Below are positions 44,421 through 50,010 of a stretch of 50,010 nt of DNA, in pieces. Position numbers and translations under genes: made by a program. The stretch spans positions 1 through 50,010 of the forward strand of contig JBAYKY010000002.1 in NCBI GenBank assembly GCA_041664385.1, read 5' to 3'. This stretch comes from Minisyncoccota bacterium (GTDB lineage Bacteria; Patescibacteriota; Minisyncoccia; UBA6257; GWB1-50-10). Numbering within the stretch: the first letter of the stretch is position 1; each line of letters starts with the position of its first letter. The notes under the pieces are model-generated. The model worked only from the letters and a program-made list of their open reading frames with translations, was not told where the DNA came from and made no database searches.

Positions 44421-44933
44421 ATGGGCGGTATTATTACTCCTCCCGGAATGGTGAAATTCACCGATGAATCAGAACATCTTATTCTTTTAGATGGACCCAT
44501 CAAGGGTGCGCGTCATTGGCAGCGTACGGCGGCAAATGATATTTATCATGCAAACCCTGAATTATGGGTCGCATCTCCACGGCAAATGGCGCATGACACA
44601 GGTGATCGCGTGGGTATCTCAGAAGATGATCAAATAGATTGGACACACACGCATTTAACATTGGCAGGGGAACGTGGAGCGATACTTTTTTGGTTTCCAC
44701 GGGAATATGTGCATACGTGTGAACAGGCGTACGCACAAACATCTCGCTTTGAGATAGGAGAGCATCTTGTGCTTAGTATTTATAAAAAATATAAAGTGGT
44801 GGTGGGTATTGAGCCTGGATTTTCTGGAGAACATTATCTTCGGCGCACGATTGCGAAGAAATATCCGCACATTCTTGTGCTTGATACGCTTCATGATACG
44901 TGTTGGTACGCAGCTCATATGCTGTATGAATAG
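44421..44933 (+). CDS. hypothetical protein (weak resemblance to the nucleoside 2-deoxyribosyltransferase-like Rossmann fold)
   Basis: Has its own promoter and terminator. LILLDGPIKGARHWQ and SRFEIGEHLV are only suggestive. Confidence 0.55.
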   Translation: MGGIITPPGMVKFTDESEHLILLDGPIKGARHWQRTAANDIYHANPELWVASPRQMAHDTGDRVGISEDDQIDWTHTHLTLAGERGAILFWFPREYVHTCEQAYAQTSRFEIGEHLVLSIYKKYKVVVGIEPGFSGEHYLRRTIAKKYPHILVLDTLHDTCWYAAHMLYE

Positions 44934-44937
44934 TATT

Positions 44938-44967
44938 ATTTCCCTCGCAGTGATGCGGGGGATTTTT
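44938..44967 (+). terminator. rho-independent terminator
   Basis: TCCCTCGCA/TGCGGGGGA then TTTTT. Confidence 0.75.
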
Positions 44968-44968
44968 A

Positions 44969-44997
44969 TTGACACATAAGATTGCTCGTATTATATT
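44969..44997 (+). promoter_or_regulatory. sigma70-like promoter TTGACA-17-TATATT driving the RNA operon
   Basis: TTGACA at 44969-74 and TATATT at 44992-97, about 24 nt upstream of the first tRNA-like gene. Confidence 0.6.
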
Positions 44998-45020
44998 GAG
45001 CACTCAAGCACCTTTACAAA

Positions 45021-45131
45021 GGGCCATTAGTTCAGCGGCGACGCCTGTGACATACGGACGTATGTTGCTTTCGGGCGGAGAACGCCTCATTGCTCGTGAG
45101 GAGGCCGAAGGTTCGAATCCTTCATGGTCCG
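45021..45131 (+). tRNA. non-canonical tRNA-like gene: 46-nt D-loop carrying a hairpin insertion, G3:U70, anticodon loop TTGCTCG (GCU)
   Basis: Acceptor GGGCCAT/ATGGTCC, D-stem GTTC/GAAC, anticodon arm CCTCA-TTGCTCG-TGAGG, variable loop AGGCC, T-arm GAAGG-TTCGAAT-CCTTC. No encoded CCA. Confidence 0.6.
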
Positions 45132-45136
45132 CGATT

Positions 45137-45212
45137 GGAGCAGTAGCTCAGTTGGTGAGAGCGTCCCCGCTGTCCGCGGGGAAGGTCGGAGGTTCGATGC
45201 CTCCCTGCCCCA
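45137..45212 (+). tRNA. non-canonical tRNA-like gene, anticodon GUC (Asp-like), with a 6-bp anticodon stem and an A3.C70 mismatch
   Basis: GGAGCAG-TA-GCTC-AGTTGGTGA-GAGC-G-TCCCCG-CTGTCCG-CGGGGA-AGGTC-GGAGG-TTCGATG-CCTCC-CTGCCCC-A. Confidence 0.6.
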
Positions 45213-45444
45213 CGACGTGGAAGTATTTTCGCTTCCACTATCCCACACATGGTTCTTTGGGAATCATGCGGAGATAGCCCGCTTATTCTAATTATGGAAA
45301 GTACCTTAAATGGGGAAAAAGTTGAGATTAGAGCTGAGGTGAAAGTCCTCGAGTGGGCAAATTGTTACGAGTCAGATATCCGACGTGAACGTGAGTGCGC
45401 GTTGCGCACAATACCGGGTTTCCGGATAATCTGCTTCGTTGTTC
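45213..45444 (+). ncRNA. candidate structured RNA of unknown class, co-transcribed with the tRNA-like genes
   Basis: Lies between the tRNAs and a terminator. Hairpins at 45217-38, 45238-77, 45395-409 and 45414-25. Appears more GC-rich than its surroundings. The only ORF reads through the terminator. Confidence 0.4.
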
Positions 45445-45476
45445 CACCCTCGCCACAATCGGCGGGGGTTTTTATT
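45445..45476 (+). terminator. rho-independent terminator ending the RNA operon
   Basis: CCCTCGCC(45447-54)/GGCGGGGG(45461-68) then TTTTT. Confidence 0.75.
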
Positions 45477-45491
45477 TATATTTTAGTTCCG

Positions 45492-45500
45492 TGATAGTAT
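45492..45500 (+). promoter_or_regulatory. extended -10 box TGaTAGTAT, 6 nt before ATG 45507
   Basis: TG-n-TAGTAT at 45492-500, spacer aagcag, ATG at 45507. Confidence 0.45.
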
Positions 45501-45506
45501 AAGCAG

Positions 45507-45986
45507 ATGAAAGGAGAGATTATCGCAGTACTTCATAATATTCGGAGTATTCATAATGTAGGTTCAATATTTAGAACTGCTGATGCGGCAAGAGTTTCAA
45601 AACTTTATTTATGCGGTATTACCCCCGCGCCTTTAGATCGGTTTGGAAAAACCCGACAGGATTTTGCAAAAGTTTCTCTTGGTGCAGAAAAAACAGTCGC
45701 CTATGAATCTGTGCGTTCGATTTTGCCACTTCTCACTAAACTTAAAAAAGAAGGGTATGTTATTGTTGCGGTCGAGCTCGTAAAAGGAGCGGTACCTTAT
45801 TATTCATTGCGGCGCACCCTTAACAATAAAAAAATAGTATTGGTACTAGGGAATGAAGTTGATGGGCTTTCAAAGAGCATTCTTACACGCACCGATATAA
45901 TTACAGAAATTCCTATGCAAGGAAAAAAAGAGTCATTGAACGTAAGTGTTGCGTTTGGTATTGTTGCCTACGGTATTCAGTATTAG
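45507..45986 (+). CDS. SpoU/TrmH family RNA 2'-O-methyltransferase (minimal, 159 aa)
   Basis: SIHNVGSIFRTADA, LVLGNEVDGLS, IPMQGKKESLNVSVAFGI (SPOUT motifs 1-3). Confidence 0.85.
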   Translation: MKGEIIAVLHNIRSIHNVGSIFRTADAARVSKLYLCGITPAPLDRFGKTRQDFAKVSLGAEKTVAYESVRSILPLLTKLKKEGYVIVAVELVKGAVPYYSLRRTLNNKKIVLVLGNEVDGLSKSILTRTDIITEIPMQGKKESLNVSVAFGIVAYGIQY

Positions 45987-46007
45987 GATTCGCTATAATA
46001 GAAAGAT

Positions 46008-46499
46008 ATGGGAAACGCACTTGCAAAAACATTTCTTCTTTTCTTTGGTCTCCTCATCGGAGGGAGTATTTTTTTGGTTTCATTTTTAAATAAGGTAAAT
46101 GTGGTAAAAAATAAGGCAGAGGTAAAAATTGGAACTCAAACGATTATTGCGGATGTTGCAAAAAATGATGCGGACAGGGAGAAAGGACTTGGAGGACGAG
46201 AATCTATTGGAATGAATGAAGGAATGCTTTTTATATTTGACAATGAGGATGAGTATCCTTTTTGGATGAAGGATATGAAATTTCCTATTGATGTAATTTG
46301 GATTCGTAATAATTATATTGTGGGATTTGCAGAAAATGTAGACCCAAAGATAGGTTCACAGCCCAGTGAAACGGTATTTAGCCCCCCTCAATCAATTGAC
46401 CGCGCTCTCGAACTTCACGCGGGACGCGTGAAACTTTTACGTGTCCAGGTGGGTGATCAAGTGAAGTCGCGACCACTCGTTGATATAAGCGGTTCATGA
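46008..46499 (+). CDS. DUF192 domain protein with N-terminal TM anchor
   Basis: ADVAKNDADREKGLGGRESIGMNEGMLFIFD..FWMKDMKFPIDVIWI. Confidence 0.75.
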   Translation: MGNALAKTFLLFFGLLIGGSIFLVSFLNKVNVVKNKAEVKIGTQTIIADVAKNDADREKGLGGRESIGMNEGMLFIFDNEDEYPFWMKDMKFPIDVIWIRNNYIVGFAENVDPKIGSQPSETVFSPPQSIDRALELHAGRVKLLRVQVGDQVKSRPLVDISGS

Positions 46500-47680
46500 A
46501 CGAGCCCAAACCTATTTTAGGCCTTCCACGAAATATTTTTTTTCTTGGATTGGTTAGTATGTTTAATGATTTTTCGACTGAGATGGTGCAGTCGATTATG
46601 CCTATTTTTATTACTGTCGTACTTGGAGCACCTATTATTGCGGTAGGACTTATCGAGGGATTTGCGGATGCATTAGCGAGCATACTCAAGATTTTTTTTG
46701 GGTGGCTTTCTGATAAATTAAATCAACGAAAATCATTTGCGGTATATGGCTATCTTCTTTCGGTGAGTACGCGTCCCTTTTATGCACTTGCAACAACCTA
46801 CGGACACGTATTTGGGTTACGTGCACTTGATCGGGTGGGAAAGGGTATGCGTGATGCGCCGCGTGATGCACTTATTTCTGAATCAACAACACCAGAAACA
46901 ATTAGTCGTTCGTTTGGATATCATCGGATGATGGATAAATTTGGTGGTATATTGGGACCTCTGGCTGCATTTCTTATTCTTCCTCTTGTCTTTAATTCAT
47001 ACCATTTTATTTTTCTTATTGCGTTTGGAGTGGGTACGCTCTCAATCCTCAGTTTTCTTCTCGTAAAAGAAATTAAGCATCCTGAGAGTGAGAAAGCCCC
47101 AAAATTTGATTTGAAACTTTTACGTTCAAATCGACGTTTCGTTGTTTTTCTTATTTCAGTATTTGTATTTGGATTAGGGGCACTTCCTCTTCCTCTTCTT
47201 TTACTTCGCTCACCAGAAGTCGGCCTTGGAAATAGTTCGGTGCCGTTCTTTTATTTTGTTTCTAATTTTGCATTTGTATTAGCTTCAATTCCGTTTGGTC
47301 GTTTTGCAGATAGTTTTGGAAAGAGGAAGATTGTAAGTCTCGGATTTCTTGCCGCATTTCTCGCATATGTAGGACTTATTTTTGCTCACAGTTTTATTGC
47401 CCTTTTTATAATATTTATACTTTTTGGATTCTATGATGCCGCGACTGATGGAATTCAGCGCGCAATGGTGGCGCGTCTTGTGGATCCGCAAATTCGTGCT
47501 ACCGGGCAGGGATTTCTCAATGCCGCAATTGGTATTTCCGCACTTCTTGCGGGTGGTATTGGTGGTGGTCTTTGGACCTATATAAGTGCTGAGGCTGCAT
47601 TCGTGTATGCGGCTACAATGTCACTTGCAGGACTTACTCTTTTTCTTATTTTGATGAATGTGCGATTTAGGGAGCAGTAA
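46496..47680 (+). CDS. MFS transporter
   Basis: About 12 helices; LSDKLNQRK and GKGMRDAPRDA loops; ATGA overlap with the upstream gene. Confidence 0.8.
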   Translation: MNEPKPILGLPRNIFFLGLVSMFNDFSTEMVQSIMPIFITVVLGAPIIAVGLIEGFADALASILKIFFGWLSDKLNQRKSFAVYGYLLSVSTRPFYALATTYGHVFGLRALDRVGKGMRDAPRDALISESTTPETISRSFGYHRMMDKFGGILGPLAAFLILPLVFNSYHFIFLIAFGVGTLSILSFLLVKEIKHPESEKAPKFDLKLLRSNRRFVVFLISVFVFGLGALPLPLLLLRSPEVGLGNSSVPFFYFVSNFAFVLASIPFGRFADSFGKRKIVSLGFLAAFLAYVGLIFAHSFIALFIIFILFGFYDAATDGIQRAMVARLVDPQIRATGQGFLNAAIGISALLAGGIGGGLWTYISAEAAFVYAATMSLAGLTLFLILMNVRFREQ

Positions 47681-47690
47681 TTCTAATTTT

Positions 47691-47801
47691 GCACTCGACA
47701 ACAACCTCACCGGGGTGACGAAGCGTCAGATGCGGCATCGGATTAATTATCGCACTCGACAGCAACCCTCGACAGGGTGATGCAGCATCAGATGAATTAT
47801 C
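47691..47801 (+). repeat. imperfect tandem direct repeat (61 + 50 nt) containing GATGCNGCATC palindromes, upstream of gap
   Basis: R1 47691-47751 and R2 47752-47801 both start GCACTCGACA and end AATTATC. Palindromes at 47729-39 and 47779-89, with a degenerate copy at 47717-27. Confidence 0.7.
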
Positions 47802-47802
47802 G

Positions 47803-47808
47803 TATAAT
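47803..47808 (+). promoter_or_regulatory. -10 box (CG)TATAAT, 6 nt before ATG 47815
   Basis: TATAAT at 47803-08, spacer aaatat, ATG at 47815. Confidence 0.45.
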
Positions 47809-47814
47809 AAATAT

Positions 47815-48834
47815 ATGGCAAATATTGCAATAAATGGATTTGGACGAATTGGGAGACTTTTTTTACAACACGCACTTCGGGAAGAAGGCATTAACGTAGT
47901 GGCAATCAATGATTTGGGAGACATTGAAAATCTCGCATACTTATTAAAATATGACACAGTATACGGCCGCTTTGCGGGCGAGGTGTCTCTTGTGGATAAG
48001 TTCCTTGTGATAAATGGCAAAAAGATTTTGTTTCTTCAGGAAAAAGACCCCACTAAACTTCCTTGGAAAGAATTTAATGTGGATATTGTGGTGGAATCTA
48101 CGGGGGCTTTTGAATCATATGAAAAAGCAAAAGTGCATTTAGATGCGGGCGCAAAACGGACAATTATTACTGCTCCCGCGAAAGATGCAGATGGCACCTT
48201 TGGAGGGAAAACGATGCTTATTGGTGTGAATGAAAATGATGCAAAGGGAGTTACCCTTACTTCGAATGCATCGTGTACTACTAATGCGGTTTCTCCCGTA
48301 ATTCAGGTTATGATGGAAAATCCTGGCATTGAAAAAGCAATTTTGAATACGGTGCACGCATATACCGGAACACAAAGTATTGTGGACAGTCCCACAAAAG
48401 GAAAAGATTATAGGAGGGGACGTGCTGCCGCACAAAATATTTCTCCTTCAACCACAGGGGCCGCGATTGCAGTGACTCGGGTCATTAAAGAACTTGAAGG
48501 AAAATTTGATGGTATTGCGATTCGTGTGCCGGTGCCGACGGGGTCGCTTGCAGATATCACGTTTGTAGCTAAGAGGAATACTTCAGTCGAGGAAATTAAT
48601 TCAATTTTCAAAAAAGCCGCTGAAGACCCTCGATGGAAATCAATTCTTAAGGTAAGCGAGGAGCAGTTAGTATCTTCCGATATTATTAATGAGCCGTACG
48701 CGTCTATTGTAGACCTCGGATTTACTAAGGTAGTAGGTGGCAATCTTGTAAAAGTACTTGCGTGGTATGACAACGAGGCGGGGTATGTATCAACTCTTGT
48801 GAAACACGTGCTTCGTGTGGCAAGTTTCTTATAA
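47815..48834 (+). CDS. gap: type I glyceraldehyde-3-phosphate dehydrogenase
   Basis: INGFGRIGR, SNASCTTNA, WYDNEAGY. Confidence 0.95.
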   Translation: MANIAINGFGRIGRLFLQHALREEGINVVAINDLGDIENLAYLLKYDTVYGRFAGEVSLVDKFLVINGKKILFLQEKDPTKLPWKEFNVDIVVESTGAFESYEKAKVHLDAGAKRTIITAPAKDADGTFGGKTMLIGVNENDAKGVTLTSNASCTTNAVSPVIQVMMENPGIEKAILNTVHAYTGTQSIVDSPTKGKDYRRGRAAAQNISPSTTGAAIAVTRVIKELEGKFDGIAIRVPVPTGSLADITFVAKRNTSVEEINSIFKKAAEDPRWKSILKVSEEQLVSSDIINEPYASIVDLGFTKVVGGNLVKVLAWYDNEAGYVSTLVKHVLRVASFL

Positions 48835-48858
48835 ATTAGATTACGAGGGAAGTACGTT

Positions 48859-49899
48859 ATGCAAAAAATTTATTTTATTCTCTACGCGCTTCTTCTTATA
48901 GCGGTGCTCGGTGTTTTTCGTTTTTCATCAGTATTGTATGCTGAACTTTCTCGTGCCACTATCTCTTCCGCACTCGCGGATGTACTTGCTTCGCAGTATC
49001 AAAAAACAATGAGTGCAAAGATCGCGATTCTTGAGGAGGAGCAAAAAAACACCACATTGCTTTTTACGGGAGATGTAATGCTCTCACGAAGTGTAGGAAA
49101 AAAAATAAATGAGATGAATGACGTAACATTTCCGTTTCTTTTGATTGCGAGCACCACTCGCGCCGCCGATATGCTTATTGGTAATCTCGAAGGTCCCATT
49201 TCTTTACGAGGAAGGAATCAAGGAAGTATCTATTCGTTTCGCGCAAATCCTCAAACCATACAGGGGCTCACATTTGCGGGGTTTCGTGTTATGTCGCTTG
49301 CAAATAATCACATATGGGATTGGGGACGCGACGCACTCTCTGACTCCGTTTCTCTTTTAAGAGAGAGCGGAATTTTGACTGTGGGAGCAGGAAGGAATGA
49401 AGAGGAGGCAAATGCGCCTCTTGTGGTCGAAGTAAAAAAGAATCGCATTGGATTGCTCTCCTATACCAATCTTTATCCGAAGAGTTTAAATGCCGAAGGA
49501 AATACTCCAGGGATAAGCGCTTTTAACGAGGAACGTGTGCGCGAAGCAATAAAAAATCTTAAACAATCAGCTGACATTGCGGTAGTCCTTATACATTGGG
49601 GCGATGAATATAAGACAAAATCAAACAATGAACAGCAGAGACTCGCACACGCATTTATTGATGCCGGAGCAGACCTCGTGGTAGGAACTCATCCACATGT
49701 ATCTGAAGAGGTGGAACAATACCATAACGGATGGATTGCCTATAGTCTCGGCAACTTTGTCTTTGACCAGACATTTTCTGAAGAAACGCGTCGTGGCACA
49801 ATGTTTGCCGCCACCGTGAAAGATGCAAAGCTTGTGAATGTGGTTTCAATTCCCATCCGCATTAATGACAATTTTCAGCCGGAAGGTGTTCCGCTATAA
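48859..49899 (+). CDS. CapA family (PGA_cap metallophosphatase-like) protein with N-terminal TM
   Basis: LLFTGDVMLSR, SLANNHIWDWG, HWGDEY, GTHPHV. Confidence 0.8.
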   Translation: MQKIYFILYALLLIAVLGVFRFSSVLYAELSRATISSALADVLASQYQKTMSAKIAILEEEQKNTTLLFTGDVMLSRSVGKKINEMNDVTFPFLLIASTTRAADMLIGNLEGPISLRGRNQGSIYSFRANPQTIQGLTFAGFRVMSLANNHIWDWGRDALSDSVSLLRESGILTVGAGRNEEEANAPLVVEVKKNRIGLLSYTNLYPKSLNAEGNTPGISAFNEERVREAIKNLKQSADIAVVLIHWGDEYKTKSNNEQQRLAHAFIDAGADLVVGTHPHVSEEVEQYHNGWIAYSLGNFVFDQTFSEETRRGTMFAATVKDAKLVNVVSIPIRINDNFQPEGVPL

Positions 49900-49907
49900 T
49901 AAAAGGA

Positions 49908-50010
49908 ATGGTTATTTACATCGGCGCAGATCATCGTGGATTTAAACTGAAAGAATTTTTAAGCAGCTTATTAAAATATGGTGGTTATCCTGTCGTGGAT
50001 GTAGGAAATG
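49908..50010 (+). CDS. rpiB: ribose-5-phosphate isomerase B (RpiB/LacAB family), 3' end outside window
   Basis: MVIYIGADHRGFKLKEFLSSLLKYGGYPVVDVGN read by hand. Confidence 0.75.
   Translation, partial: MVIYIGADHRGFKLKEFLSSLLKYGGYPVVDVGN

Noticed and set aside
45021-45131. tmRNA, suggested by the G3:U70 pair and the T-arm
   Set aside because: Only 111 nt, with an intact anticodon arm and no tag reading frame or pseudoknots. The architecture is a tRNA with an expanded D-loop.
44969-45277. 102-aa ORF overlapping the tRNA-like genes
   Set aside because: It starts within the promoter and spans both tRNA-like structures, so it is a by-product of the open frame.
45213-45476. RNase P RNA (GAGGTGAAAGTCCTCGAG at 45336-53 resembles the CR-I GAGGAAAGUCC; GTGAACGTGAGTGCGCG..GCGCAC resembles the P11/P12 region)
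   Set aside because: No downstream strand can form P4 with the AAGTCC segment and no ACAGAAnnCGGCUUA-like CR-V is present. The region is also shorter than typical bacterial RNase P RNAs. I also found no SRP domain-IV motif (GGAAGCAGC after a GNRA loop) on either strand, and no tmRNA T-arm.
45249-45494. 81-aa ORF (or its 66-aa ATG-45294 version) as a protein-coding gene
   Set aside because: It reads straight through the terminator hairpin and T-run at 45445-76 and across several stable hairpins. No recognisable family. A non-coding RNA interpretation is preferred, though not proven.
47691-47801. CRISPR array or minisatellite
   Set aside because: Only two imperfect copies of unequal length (61 and 50 nt), with no spacers. 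More consistent with duplicated operator or promoter DNA.
1-50010. Alternative genetic code (UGA recoding as in some CPR lineages), mobile elements, DGR/retron components
   Set aside because: Several well-supported genes terminate at UGA (for example at 31049 and 46499), and conserved proteins are full length under code 11. I saw no transposase, integrase, reverse transcriptase or template/variable repeat pair.

Overview
AT-rich, densely coding 50 kb bacterial fragment, mostly + strand, read with the standard code (UGA acts as a stop). Gene content suggests a reduced-genome Patescibacteria/CPR-like organism, which is an inference only. The signs are a DUF5652-like small membrane protein, a trigger factor without a PPIase domain, a pyruvate kinase without its C-terminal domain, HhH glycosylases lacking Fe-S ligands, and a giant secreted LTD/PKD protein. 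Recognisable housekeeping genes: csp, typA, pyk, uppS, hpf, a MacAB-like ABC efflux set, nth, gpsA, dinB, tig, xseA/xseB, an RRM RNA-binding protein, gap, rpiB (partial), a UvrD-type helicase-nuclease and a P1B-type ATPase. No rRNA, CRISPR array, transposase, integrase or reverse transcriptase was seen. Most notable, in order: (1) a promoter-driven RNA operon at 44969-45476, next to a SpoU/TrmH methyltransferase gene. It holds two non-canonical tRNA-like genes and an unclassified structured RNA of about 230 nt. One tRNA-like gene has a roughly 38-nt hairpin inserted in the D-loop, a G3:U70 pair and a GCU anticodon on a class-I body. (2) A full-length eukaryote-type arginine kinase. (3) A recurring -10 box ending 6-8 nt before the ATG, which suggests widespread leaderless mRNAs. 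(4) Tandem repeats with GATGCNGCATC palindromes upstream of gap. (5) Two stand-alone micro-ORF units missing from the ORF track. (6) A GC-rich Ada-Zn-like gene bracketed by near-identical palindromes. All functional calls come from by-eye motif recognition; no database search was run.
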